Assembly (NCBI GenBank): GCA_012519615.1 | Contig: JAAYPW010000115.1 | Location: 29,009 to 93,008 of the forward strand | Direction of reading: 5' to 3' | Source: Fusobacteriota bacterium | GTDB taxonomy: Bacteria > Fusobacteriota > Fusobacteriia > Fusobacteriales > JAAYPW01 | DNA length: 64,000 nucleotides | Part shown: piece by piece, positions 9,606 through 18,973 of the stretch | How the letters are laid out: every line of letters starts with the position of its first letter | How positions within the stretch are numbered: position 1 is the first letter of the stretch | The notes under the pieces: model-generated | Database searches by the model: none | Seen by the model: the letters and a program-made list of their open reading frames with translations, nothing else | What the model was told of the DNA's origin: nothing | Made by a program: the position numbers and the translations under genes

Positions 9606-10467
9606 AAATGTATTTTTAAGTGTAGGAACAAATCTTGGTAATAAAATAGAAAATATTATAACATCAATTATTAAAATTTCACAAATAGACAATACAAGAA
9701 TAATAAAAATTTCTTCATTATATGAAACTTTTCCGGTAGGGAATGCATTACAACCAAACTTTTATAATATTGGAATATATCTACAAACTAAGTTAAATCC
9801 ATATAAATTTTTGGAAGAAATAAATAAAATTGAAAATGATTTACATAGAGAGAGAATAGAATTTTGGGGAAGCAGAACAATTGATATTGATATTATATTA
9901 TATGAAAATATGAATATTAATACAGAAAAATTAACTATTCCACATAAAGAATATAAAAAAAGAAATTTTGTTTTAGAGCCTTTATATGAAATTTTTCCAT
10001 TTATTCGTCGTATGAAAAAAAATCTAAAATACGGAATTACTCGTAAAATTAAACCAAATATAAATATAGGTATAAGTGCTTGTATAGTTGGCATAAATAC
10101 AAAATATAACGGTGGTAATAATTATAAAAATATCTTTAAAGAGATGTATAAAATTGTTAATTTAATACCTTTATGTCCAGAACAACTATCAGGATTAAGT
10201 ACACCAAGAAATTCTGTGGAAATAGATAATAATAGAGTAATTGATGTATATAAAAATGATTATACGAATAAATTTATGATTGGAGCGTATGAATCATATA
10301 AAATACTTAAATTATTAAAATGTGAAATAGTGATTTTAAAATCCAATAGTCCTTCTTGTGGATACAAAGGGGTATATAATGGTAGTTTTAATAATACTCT
10401 CATATTAGGAAATGGAATAAGTGTAGATTATTATTTAAAAAAGAACATAAAAATTATAAAATATTAA
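9595..10467 (+). CDS. folK: HPPK (2-amino-4-hydroxy-6-hydroxymethyldihydropteridine diphosphokinase) fused to a DUF523 (TudS-like) domain
   Basis: The N-terminal ~150 aa are HPPK-like (VFLSVGTNLG, WGSRTIDIDIILY, IPHKEYKKRNFVLEPL). The C-terminal ~135 aa carry the three DUF523 Cys motifs: ISACIVG, LCPEQLSGLSTPR, SPSCGY. Confidence 0.8.
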   Translation: MKYKNVFLSVGTNLGNKIENIITSIIKISQIDNTRIIKISSLYETFPVGNALQPNFYNIGIYLQTKLNPYKFLEEINKIENDLHRERIEFWGSRTIDIDIILYENMNINTEKLTIPHKEYKKRNFVLEPLYEIFPFIRRMKKNLKYGITRKIKPNINIGISACIVGINTKYNGGNNYKNIFKEMYKIVNLIPLCPEQLSGLSTPRNSVEIDNNRVIDVYKNDYTNKFMIGAYESYKILKLLKCEIVILKSNSPSCGYKGVYNGSFNNTLILGNGISVDYYLKKNIKIIKY

Positions 10468-10482
10468 TTATTGGAGGTAAAA

Positions 10483-11445
10483 ATGTTTAATGAAATAAAA
10501 GAAAAAATTCAAAACGCAAAAAGGATACTAATTACTGCTCATAAAAATCCTGATGGAGATGCAATTGGATCTGGACTTGCGTTAATGTTAGCTTTGAATG
10601 CCTTAAATTCAGATAAAGAAAAAATTATAAGATTTGTTATTGACGATAAGATACCTAAATATCTTAAGTTTTTAAATCATTCTTTTTTAATAGAGGAGAA
10701 ATCTAACGTTGATACAAAGTATAAATTTGATTTGATAATAGCTCTTGATAGCGCTAATATTGAAAGAATTGGGAGAGTTGCAGAATTTATAGATGAGACG
10801 AATACTGTAATAAATATTGATCACCATATAAGTAATACTAAATATGGAAATATCAATTTTATTGGTTCAGAATATTCATCTACTTCAGAAATTATATATG
10901 AACTAATACAATTTTTAAATATTAAAATTGATTTGGATATTGCTGAGGCAATCTATACAGGTATTGTAAATGATACTGGAAATTTTGCATATAGTAATGT
11001 TACTGAAAAAACATTTTTCATAGCATATGAGTTAAAAAAAATTGGAGTAGATAATTCAAAAATAAATAATATTTTATTTAAAAATAAATCATTAAAGCAG
11101 ATGAAACTTTTTGGAAAATTATTTACGGAGTTTGTATTTGTAAAGGAAAAAAAATTAATATATTATTTTTTATCATATAATGATATGAAAAGTGATAAAC
11201 TTACAAAAGATGATACGGAAGGGCTTGTGGACTTTTTACGTGATTTTGAAGAAGCTGACTTTAGTTTATTTTTAAGAGAGGAAGAAAATGGTTCTGTTAA
11301 GGGTAGTATTAGATCAAAAAATGGAGATTCAAATCATTTAGCTTCGTTATTTAATGGTGGCGGTCATAAAAAAGCAGCAGGATTTACGTCAAGTTTAAGT
11401 TCTACAGAAGTAATAGATATAATAATGAAAAATATAATTAATTAA
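10483..11445 (+). CDS. nrnA: DHH/DHHA1 phosphoesterase (NrnA-type oligoribonuclease / pAp phosphatase)
   Basis: Motifs AHKNPDGDAIGS, DSAN, NIDHH and GGGHKKAAGF. GGAGG (10473-10477) favours the ATG at 10483 over the listed TTG at 10471. Confidence 0.85.
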   Translation: MFNEIKEKIQNAKRILITAHKNPDGDAIGSGLALMLALNALNSDKEKIIRFVIDDKIPKYLKFLNHSFLIEEKSNVDTKYKFDLIIALDSANIERIGRVAEFIDETNTVINIDHHISNTKYGNINFIGSEYSSTSEIIYELIQFLNIKIDLDIAEAIYTGIVNDTGNFAYSNVTEKTFFIAYELKKIGVDNSKINNILFKNKSLKQMKLFGKLFTEFVFVKEKKLIYYFLSYNDMKSDKLTKDDTEGLVDFLRDFEEADFSLFLREEENGSVKGSIRSKNGDSNHLASLFNGGGHKKAAGFTSSLSSTEVIDIIMKNIIN

Positions 11446-11476
11446 AAACAGGGTTATTTTAATCCTGTTTTTTATT
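11446..11476 (+). terminator. Rho-independent terminator after nrnA
   Basis: AAACAGGGTT / AATCCTGTTT stem with an ATTTT loop, followed by a T-run. Confidence 0.8.
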
Positions 11477-11840
11477 TAAATTGATTTTAAAAAGAATCTC
11501 ACAACAGATAAATTTTAATTAAGGATTGCAATTATTCTTACTTATATTCATCTTTTTTTATTTCATATCTGTTTATGTTTTAAAAGTTTTATTTGAATAT
11601 TAGAAATTATATCTAATTGTAAACGTGTAAAATTGAAAGACTTTTACTATGAAAAAAAATAATGAAATTTTAAATAAAAATTAAATTTCAGAAATAAAGA
11701 GTAAATTAAAAAAATAATGAAGAAAACTTTACCAAAATTAGTAAAAATAATTATTAAAAATTTTATAAATATATTAAATAATATGTTTTCCAATTTTAAA
11801 ACAATAATATATTTTAGAGTTTATATAATTATAAAATCTA

Positions 11841-11869
11841 TTGACTTATATTTATAAATAGAATATAAT
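11841..11869 (+). promoter_or_regulatory. Putative promoter upstream of the DUF4250 gene
   Basis: TTGACT (11841-11846), 17-nt spacer, TATAAT (11864-11869). Confidence 0.5.
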
Positions 11870-11908
11870 AACTATAAAAATACTCTAATTATAGGGAGGA
11901 ATTATTAT

Positions 11909-12103
11909 ATGAATTTAGTTAATTATAAATTAATGGATATACATATATTAATAAGTTTGATTAATATGAAATTACGAGATGAGTTTAATTCTATTTCGGA
12001 TTTAGTTTCTTATTATGATATTTCATTAGACGAATTCTTAATTTATTTAAATGAAAACAAATATATATATAATGAAAAAAATAATTCTTTAGTAGAAATT
12101 TAA
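11909..12103 (+). CDS. Small DUF4250-family protein (64 aa)
   Basis: The LISLINMKLRDEFNSISDLVSYYDISLDEF pattern resembles DUF4250. GGGAGG SD lies 9 nt upstream. Confidence 0.6.
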   Translation: MNLVNYKLMDIHILISLINMKLRDEFNSISDLVSYYDISLDEFLIYLNENKYIYNEKNNSLVEI

Positions 12104-12200
12104 TAAAAAAATTATAGATATAAATATGAAAAACAATTAAAATGACACATTATATACTAAAATTTTAACAAAAATAATATTTATAAGAGGAGGAATTTTA

Positions 12201-13019
12201 TTGTTTTATAGTGATTATCATATTCATTCGAATATATCTTTTGATGGGAACTTTGATATGGAAGATATTATTAAAGAGAGTATAAATAAAGGTTTGAAAG
12301 AGATTATGTTCACTGAACATCTAGATTATCGTGAACATGAGTATATTTTACCATTACCGAATTTTTCACAATATTTTTCTAAATACGAGAAATTAAGAGA
12401 AAAATATAATAATAGTATAATTATTAAAAAGGGATTGGAGTTAGGTCTACAACCAGAATTAAAAGATAAAATAGAATTTCAGATTAAAAATTTAAATTTT
12501 GATTTTATAATTGGTTCAACACATATTATAAATAATGTTGATTTTGTAGATAAAGTTTATTTTGAAAATAAAACAAAATATGAAGCTTATAACGAATATT
12601 TTGAAGAAATTCTTGAATCTATAGAGTTATTTAATGATTTTGATGTTTATGGACATTTAGATTTTATTAAAAGATATGGAATATATGAAAATAATGAGAT
12701 TGATTACGATGAACATGAAAAAATTATCGAAAAAATTTTGAATGAACTAATAAAAAAAGGGAAAGGAATTGAGATTAATACTTCTGGATTTAAATATGGT
12801 CTTAATTGTTTTCATCCTTCCGTAGATATTCTTAAAAAATATAAAAAACTTGGTGGAAAAATACTAACAATTGGTTCTGATGCACATCATTTAATTCATT
12901 TAGCAGATAATTTTGAAATAGTATATAACACATTAAAAGAGCTGGACTATAAAACTTTTACTATATTTGAAAAACGTAATCCTATATTTAAATCAATAGA
13001 TGAATTTAAAATAAAATAG
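12201..13019 (+). CDS. hisJ: Histidinol-phosphatase, PHP (HisJ) family
   Basis: 272 aa with YHIHSNISFDG, MFTEHLDY, GSTH, YGHLD and IGSDAHH. TTG start, with AGGAGG 7 nt upstream. Confidence 0.75.
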   Translation: MFYSDYHIHSNISFDGNFDMEDIIKESINKGLKEIMFTEHLDYREHEYILPLPNFSQYFSKYEKLREKYNNSIIIKKGLELGLQPELKDKIEFQIKNLNFDFIIGSTHIINNVDFVDKVYFENKTKYEAYNEYFEEILESIELFNDFDVYGHLDFIKRYGIYENNEIDYDEHEKIIEKILNELIKKGKGIEINTSGFKYGLNCFHPSVDILKKYKKLGGKILTIGSDAHHLIHLADNFEIVYNTLKELDYKTFTIFEKRNPIFKSIDEFKIK

Positions 13020-13042
13020 ATAAAGTGATAAAGGAGAATAGA

Positions 13043-14618
13043 ATGAAAAAAAAAATTACTAATATTTTATATATTAATAGTATTATTAATTAATGTAGGG
13101 TGTTCTAACAATAATATTAAAGAAAATGAACCTATAAAAGTAGAACCAGCACCGGTAATTGAGGAGAAATATGAGTATAGAAATATCAATGAATATTATG
13201 AAAATGGATATATAAAAGTAGAAAAGGTTTTAAGAGATAATCTATTGCATGGTTTATATACTTCATATTATGATAATGGTCAAATAGAGGAGGAAGGTTT
13301 GTACGAAAATGATAGAAAAACAGGTGAATGGATCACTTATCATTTTAATGGACAAATTGAATCAATATCAATGTACAAAGCAAATAGAAAAATTGGAAAA
13401 TATATATCATATCATGAAAATGGATTTGTAAAAATGAGAGGAATATATGAAAATGGTAAAAAAGATGGACAATTTGTCGAGTATGACGATATGGGCGAAT
13501 TAGCTATAAAGAGTAATTATAAAAATGATAAATTAGACGGGGAATATACATCATATTTCAATAATGGATATATTAAAGAAAAATCTTTTTATATAGACGG
13601 GAAGAAAGATGGCAAATCATTAGTATATTATGATAGTTCGTTAACAAAAATTGAATCTAATTATAAAAATGGAGAATACGATGGTAAAATCACTTCGTAT
13701 CATGCCAATGGTAAAATTAACGAAATTCAAAATTATGAAAATGGGAAAAAACATGGTAAATTTTATAAATATGATGATGATAATATAATTGTTGAAATTC
13801 TTTCATATAAAGATGATTTGTTGCATGGCGAATGTATTTGGTATAAAGATGGGATTGTTCAGAAAAAAATTAATTATAATTCGGGCGTAATAAGCGGTGA
13901 ATACATTACATATATAAATAATAAGTTAAATGAAATTATTACATATGAAAATAATAAGTTAAACGGGAAAAAGACTATTTTTGATGCAAATGGTTCAATT
14001 ACAAGAGAAGTACATTATAAAGATGACCGATTAGACGGTAGAACAATTAATTATTATGAAAACGGCGATGTTAAGGATATTATAACATATAAAAACAATG
14101 TTTTAAGTGGTGATTATATTATATATTATGATAACGGACAAGTTGAAATAATAACACATTATTTAGATGGAATGAAAGATGGTTTAGAAAAATATTTTTA
14201 TTATAGTGGAGTTGTTAAAGAATCAAATAATTATATAAAAGATAAATTGGATGGACTCTCTGCTTCTTTTTATGAAAATGGAATTTATGAATTAAAAATG
14301 AATTACGAAAATGGATTGCTAAACGGAGAATATATATCTTATTACTATGATGGAACAATTAAAGAGAGAAAAAATTATAAAGATGATTTACTAAATGGAA
14401 AAATGGAGATTTTTAATGAAAACGGCAAAATATTAGAGGAAAGAAATTATCTAGATGGTAAATTAAATGGAAATAATTATATATATTCTGTAAATGGAAG
14501 ATTATTAGAGCAAAAACATTATGTAGACAATAAATTAGATGGTGAATGGATAATATACGATAATGATGGGTTTATAGAATCAAGAGTTAGCTTTAGAAAA
14601 GGTGAAAGAGTAGAATAG
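13043..14618 (+). CDS. MORN-repeat (YwqK-like) lipoprotein. The reading frame is broken by an A10 tract directly after the ATG.
   Basis: AAGGAG SD, then ATG at 13043, then A10 (13046-13055). As written the ATG frame stops after 16 codons. The +1 frame reads KKKLLIFYILIVLLLINVGCSNN... (lipobox) and continues without a stop into the listed 13245..14618 ORF, which holds about 19 MORN-type repeats of ~23 aa. Confidence 0.75.
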
Positions 14619-14655
14619 AATTTAAATTATATTGAATAATAAACTGTAGGAGGTG

Positions 14656-14692
14656 AAAGCTGCTAACAATTTATTTTACGTTAGCAGAATTT
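14656..14692 (+). promoter_or_regulatory. Hairpin separating the SD (GGAGGTG, 14649-14655) from the ABC-F start codon (14700)
   Basis: 8-bp stem (14660-14667 pairs with 14680-14687). It can be extended by three A-U pairs (14656-14658 with 14690-14692) across a small internal loop. Confidence 0.45.
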
Positions 14693-14699
14693 AGGTAAT

Positions 14700-16316
14700 A
14701 TGATTATAGTAAATAACTTGAAAATGAATTTTTCAGGAAGGAAACTTTTCGAGGATGTAAATATTAAATTTACACCAGGAAATTGCTATGGATTAATTGG
14801 AGCAAATGGTGCTGGAAAATCAACTTTTTTGAAAATTTTGTCTGGAGATATTGATTCAACAGGTGGAGAGATTGTAGTAGAGAAAAATAAACGAATTGCT
14901 GTATTAAAACAAGATCACTTTGCTCATGAAGAAGATAGAGTTATAGATACTGTATTAATGGGACATAAAAAATTGTGGGATATTATGGTAGAAAAAAATG
15001 AAATTTATGCAAAAGATGATTTCTCTGAAGAGGAAGGTCTAAGGGCAGCTGAATTAGAAGGAGAGTTTGCAGAATTAGATGGTTGGGAAGCAGAAAGTGA
15101 TGCTGAGACAATGCTTACACAACTAGGAATCCCGTCAGAGCTACATGAAAAACTTATGAAAGAATTAACAGAACCAGAAAAAGTTAAAGTATTACTTGCT
15201 CAAACTTTATTTGGGAATCCAGATATTCTATTATTAGATGAACCTACAAACGGTCTTGATATTAAAGCTGTTGTTTGGCTAGAAAATTTTCTAATGGGAT
15301 TAGATGAAACTACAGTTATAGTTGTTTCTCATGATAGACACTTTTTAAATAAAGTATGTACAAATATTGCAGACATTGACTATGGACAAATTAAAATGTA
15401 TGTTGGAAACTATGATTTTTGGTACGAATCGAACGAACTTATGCAAAGATTAATATCAGCAAAAAATAAAAGAATCGAACAAAAGCGTGAAGAATTAAAA
15501 GAATTTATTGCAAGATTTAGCGCGAATGCTTCTAAATCAAAACAAGCAACTTCGAGAAAAAAACTCTTAGAAAAATTACAATTTGAAGATATGCAAATTT
15601 CAAGTAGAAAATACCCATTTATCGATTTTAAACCTGAGCGAGAAATTGGAAATAATTTACTTAAAGTAGAAAATATATCTAAATCAATTGATGGGGTTAA
15701 AATTTTAGATAATATTAGTTTTACAGTAAATCCTGATGATAAAATTGTATTTTTATCAAAAAATGATATTGTTAAAACAACATTATTATCAATTTTATCA
15801 GGTGAATTAGAATCCGATAGTGGTAGTTTCACATGGGGAGTTACAACATCAACAGCATATATGCCAAAAGATAATAATGAGTTTTTTGATAATAATGATT
15901 TAAATCTAATAGATTGGTTAAGACAGTATTCACCGGATCCACACGAATCATTTATACGGGGATTCTTAGGTAGAATGTTATTTTCTGGTGAAGAAGCTCT
16001 TAAAAAATCAAAAGTACTATCTGGAGGGGAAAAAGTAAGATGTATGTTATCAAAAATGATGCTTTCTAATGCAAATGTATTATTATTTGATAACCCAACA
16101 AACCATTTAGATTTAGAGAGCATTACATCACTAAATAAAGCACTTACTAACTTCAAAGGAAGTATTTTGTTCTCTGCACATGACCATGAATTCATTCAAA
16201 CTGTTGCAAATAGAATTATAGAGATTACCCCTAATGGAATAGTCGATAAAATGATGACATACGATGAATATTTAGAAGACGAACAAGTACAAGAAAGATT
16301 ATCCAAAATGTATTAA
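14700..16316 (+). CDS. ABC-F family ATPase (two ABC domains, no TM domain)
   Basis: 538 aa. It has Walker A GANGAGKST, signature and Walker B LLLDEPTNGLD, a second signature LSGGEKVR and LLFDNPTNHLD, and an inter-domain linker. Confidence 0.9.
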   Translation: MIIVNNLKMNFSGRKLFEDVNIKFTPGNCYGLIGANGAGKSTFLKILSGDIDSTGGEIVVEKNKRIAVLKQDHFAHEEDRVIDTVLMGHKKLWDIMVEKNEIYAKDDFSEEEGLRAAELEGEFAELDGWEAESDAETMLTQLGIPSELHEKLMKELTEPEKVKVLLAQTLFGNPDILLLDEPTNGLDIKAVVWLENFLMGLDETTVIVVSHDRHFLNKVCTNIADIDYGQIKMYVGNYDFWYESNELMQRLISAKNKRIEQKREELKEFIARFSANASKSKQATSRKKLLEKLQFEDMQISSRKYPFIDFKPEREIGNNLLKVENISKSIDGVKILDNISFTVNPDDKIVFLSKNDIVKTTLLSILSGELESDSGSFTWGVTTSTAYMPKDNNEFFDNNDLNLIDWLRQYSPDPHESFIRGFLGRMLFSGEEALKKSKVLSGGEKVRCMLSKMMLSNANVLLFDNPTNHLDLESITSLNKALTNFKGSILFSAHDHEFIQTVANRIIEITPNGIVDKMMTYDEYLEDEQVQERLSKMY

Positions 16317-16330
16317 GAAATATAAAATAA

Positions 16331-16362
16331 AAAGTTATAGTATTAATACTATAACTTTTTTT
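16331..16362 (+). terminator. Rho-independent terminator after the ABC-F gene
   Basis: AAAGTTATAGTA / TACTATAACTTT stem with a 4-nt loop, then TTTTTT. Confidence 0.8.
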
Positions 16363-16390
16363 ACTTAATGAAATAAATACTTATAAAGTA

Positions 16391-16419
16391 TTTACAAAAA
16401 AGTATTTATATGTTATAAT
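16391..16419 (+). promoter_or_regulatory. Putative promoter of rpsO-pnp
   Basis: TTTACA (16391-16396), 17-nt spacer, TATAAT (16414-16419) preceded by TGT. Confidence 0.5.
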
Positions 16420-16499
16420 TAAAATATTAATACTAAGTATATAGAAAGCCGACTTTATACTTGGTTTTAATAATCAAAATTATAAGGAGGAATACAAAA

Positions 16500-16763
16500 A
16501 TGGCACAAATTAACAAAGAAGAGATAATTAAAAATTACCAAAAAAAAGATGGAGATACTGGTTCAACAGAAGTTCAAATTGCATTACTTACAGCTAGAAT
16601 CAACTTACTTACAGAACATTTAAAAACGCATAAGAAAGACTATCACTCGAGATTAGGTTTACTTAAAATAGTTGGTAAAAGAAGAAGACTATTAAATTAT
16701 TTTAAAGACAATAATATTGAAGGATATAGAGAATTAATTGAAAAATTAGGTATAAGAAAGTAA
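16500..16763 (+). CDS. rpsO: 30S ribosomal protein S15
   Basis: [55 protein letters not shown]... AGGAGG lies 7 nt upstream of the ATG at 16500. The listed TTG at 16461 is rejected. Confidence 0.95.
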   Translation: MAQINKEEIIKNYQKKDGDTGSTEVQIALLTARINLLTEHLKTHKKDYHSRLGLLKIVGKRRRLLNYFKDNNIEGYRELIEKLGIRK

Positions 16764-16765
16764 TA

Positions 16766-16794
16766 AAACGGGATATTAAATCCCGTTTTTTTTA
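16766..16794 (+). terminator. rpsO-pnp intergenic hairpin / terminator
   Basis: AAACGGGAT / ATCCCGTTT stem with an ATTAA loop, followed by TTTTT. Confidence 0.75.
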
Positions 16795-16811
16795 AAAAGA
16801 GGAGTGAAAAA

Positions 16812-18923
16812 ATGTTCGATGAAAAAATAGTAGAGAGAAATATAGCAGGTAGAAAATTAAAATTATCAACAGGTAAAATTGCAAGACAAACTCATGGAGC
16901 TGTTCTAGTAGAATATGGAGAAACTGTATTATTAGCTACAGCAGTTAGAAGTGAAGTTGCTAAAGAAGGAATTGACTTCTTTCCGTTAACTGTTGATTTT
17001 ATAGAAAAATATTATTCATCTGGAAAAATACCAGGTGGTTTTTATAAAAGAGAAACAAAACCTTCAACAAAAGCTACATTAACAGCGAGACTAATAGATA
17101 GACCAATTAGACCTTTATTTCCAGAAGGATTTTATAATGATGTACAAATTGTTATTACAGTGTTATCATATGATGAAAAAAATACTCCGGACTATTTAGG
17201 GATTATCGGAGCGTCTGCAGCACTAACAATATCAGACATCCCATTTTTAGGGCCAGTTGCAGGAGTTATTGTGGGTTATAAAGATGGAAATTTCATATTA
17301 AATCCAACTCCAGAAGAACTATTAGAAAGCGATATTGAGTTATCTGTTGCAGGTACAAAAGATGCAATTATGATGGTTGAAGCTGGTGCTAATGAAGTTA
17401 GCGAAGAGACTATGTTGGAAGCTATTAAATTTGGACATGAAGCAATTAAAGAGATAATATCTTTACAAGAGGAGTTTCAGAATATCGCAGGTAAAGAGAA
17501 GCTTGAGGTAATTGCACAAAGTTTTAATGAAGAAATAGTAAATTATGTAAATCAGTATAGAGATAATTTAGAAAAAGCTATTTTAACAATAGGAAAACAA
17601 AATCAAGCTGAAGCAGTTGCAAATTTAAAATCTATTGTTGTAGAAAAATATGAAAATGATAATATAGATAAAATAGAATCTGAAGAATACGAATTTAATT
17701 TATCTGAATTAAAAAATTATTTTGAAGAATTAATGAAGCAACTTGTTAGAGAAACAATTGTTCAAAAACATTTTAGGACTGATGGTAGAAAATTAGATGA
17801 AGTTAGACCAATTGCCATTGAAACAGGAGTTTTACCTATACCACATGGGTCAGCACTTTTTACACGTGGTGAAACACAAGCATTAGTTGTAACAACTTTA
17901 GGTACAAAAGAGGACGAGCAAATAGTAGATGGATTAGATGCTGAAGAGAGAAAAAAATTCTTTTTACATTATAATTTTCCACAATATAGTGTTGGCGAAA
18001 TTGGTTTCTTAAGAGGTCCTGGAAGAAGAGAATTAGGTCATGGAAATCTAGCTGAAAGAGCGCTTTCATATGTTATCCCTTCAGGGGAAGATTTTCCATA
18101 CACAATAAGAGTTGTTTCAGAAATTACAGAGTCAAATGGATCTTCATCACAGGCTAGTATTTGTGGTGGTTCACTATCACTTATGGCTGCAGGGGTACCA
18201 ATTAAATCTGCAGTATCAGGTATAGCTATGGGATTAATAAAAGAAGGTAATGATTACGCAATCTTAAGTGATATAATGGGATTAGAAGATCATTTAGGTG
18301 ATATGGATTTTAAAGTTGCAGGTACTAAAAAAGGTATCACAGCATTACAAATGGATATTAAAATTAAAGGTATTAATGAAGAAATTATGAAAAATGCCTT
18401 AGAACAAGCTAATTCTGGAAGAATGCATATATTAAACTTAATGAATCAAGCAATATCTAAGCCGAATGAATTGTCTGAAAAAGTACCTAGAATGCAAGTT
18501 ATAAACGTTAATCCTAAATTTATTGCAGAAATAATTGGACCATCAGGGAAAAACATTAAATCTATAATAGAAAAAACGTCTGCTAAAATTGATATAGATG
18601 ATACTGGTAAAATTGTAATATTTGCAGATTCAAAAGAGAATATTGAAAAAGCAGTATCTTTAATAAGTATACATTCATTTGAACCAAAAGTTGGAGATGT
18701 TTTCGACGGTAGAGTAGTGAGAATAACTAAATTTGGTGCATTTGTAGAATTAGCTCCAGGTAAAGATGGATTAGTTCATATTTCTGAAATCTCTCATGCT
18801 CGTGTTAAAACTGTTGAAGAGGTATTGAAAATAGATGAAATTATAAAAGTAAAAGTAAAAGAGATTGATGAGAATGGTAAAATAAATCTAAGTAGAAAAG
18901 AATTTTTAGCGGGAAATCAATAG
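16812..18923 (+). CDS. pnp: Polyribonucleotide nucleotidyltransferase (PNPase)
   Basis: 703 aa with two RNase PH domains, a KH domain ([13 protein letters not shown]) and an S1 domain ([21 protein letters not shown]). Confidence 0.97.
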   Translation: MFDEKIVERNIAGRKLKLSTGKIARQTHGAVLVEYGETVLLATAVRSEVAKEGIDFFPLTVDFIEKYYSSGKIPGGFYKRETKPSTKATLTARLIDRPIRPLFPEGFYNDVQIVITVLSYDEKNTPDYLGIIGASAALTISDIPFLGPVAGVIVGYKDGNFILNPTPEELLESDIELSVAGTKDAIMMVEAGANEVSEETMLEAIKFGHEAIKEIISLQEEFQNIAGKEKLEVIAQSFNEEIVNYVNQYRDNLEKAILTIGKQNQAEAVANLKSIVVEKYENDNIDKIESEEYEFNLSELKNYFEELMKQLVRETIVQKHFRTDGRKLDEVRPIAIETGVLPIPHGSALFTRGETQALVVTTLGTKEDEQIVDGLDAEERKKFFLHYNFPQYSVGEIGFLRGPGRRELGHGNLAERALSYVIPSGEDFPYTIRVVSEITESNGSSSQASICGGSLSLMAAGVPIKSAVSGIAMGLIKEGNDYAILSDIMGLEDHLGDMDFKVAGTKKGITALQMDIKIKGINEEIMKNALEQANSGRMHILNLMNQAISKPNELSEKVPRMQVINVNPKFIAEIIGPSGKNIKSIIEKTSAKIDIDDTGKIVIFADSKENIEKAVSLISIHSFEPKVGDVFDGRVVRITKFGAFVELAPGKDGLVHISEISHARVKTVEEVLKIDEIIKVKVKEIDENGKINLSRKEFLAGNQ

Positions 18924-18945
18924 AAAGGGATTTTCCCTTTTTGCT
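18924..18945 (+). terminator. Weak hairpin terminator after pnp
   Basis: AAAGGG / CCCTTT stem with a 5-nt loop and a short T-run. Confidence 0.4.
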
Positions 18946-18973
18946 TTATAAAATTTATTTCGGAAGGGGTAAC

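Noticed and set aside
13245-13247. The TTG at 13245 as the true start of the MORN-repeat protein.
   Set aside because: It has no SD. The frame is open for 66 more codons upstream and encodes a lipobox signal peptide that lines up with an SD+ATG one frame away. The truncated product would lack any export signal.
14660-14698. A 12-codon leader peptide (CTG start, LLTIYFTLAEFR, TAA at 14696) upstream of the ABC-F gene.
   Set aside because: It depends on a CTG initiation codon and is very short. The SD-hairpin-AUG interpretation explains the same sequence without invoking a non-canonical start. It is kept only as an alternative.
15410-16195. 261-aa minus-strand ORF inside the ABC-F gene. Similar long antisense ORFs lie at 20282..20677, 32700..33248, 39561..39965, 41928..42392, 43102..43431, 61494..61883 and 63117..63473.
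   Set aside because: Every one lies fully antisense to a gene with strong family motifs. They have low-complexity Ser/Ile/Phe/Leu-rich translations, no SD and no recognisable domains. Such shadow ORFs are expected in an AT-rich genome where sense codons avoid the complements of stop codons.
16461-16499. The listed TTG start extending rpsO by 13 codons.
   Set aside because: AGGAGG sits 7 nt before the ATG at 16500, and MAQINKEE... is a standard S15 N-terminus. The extension would include the SD itself.
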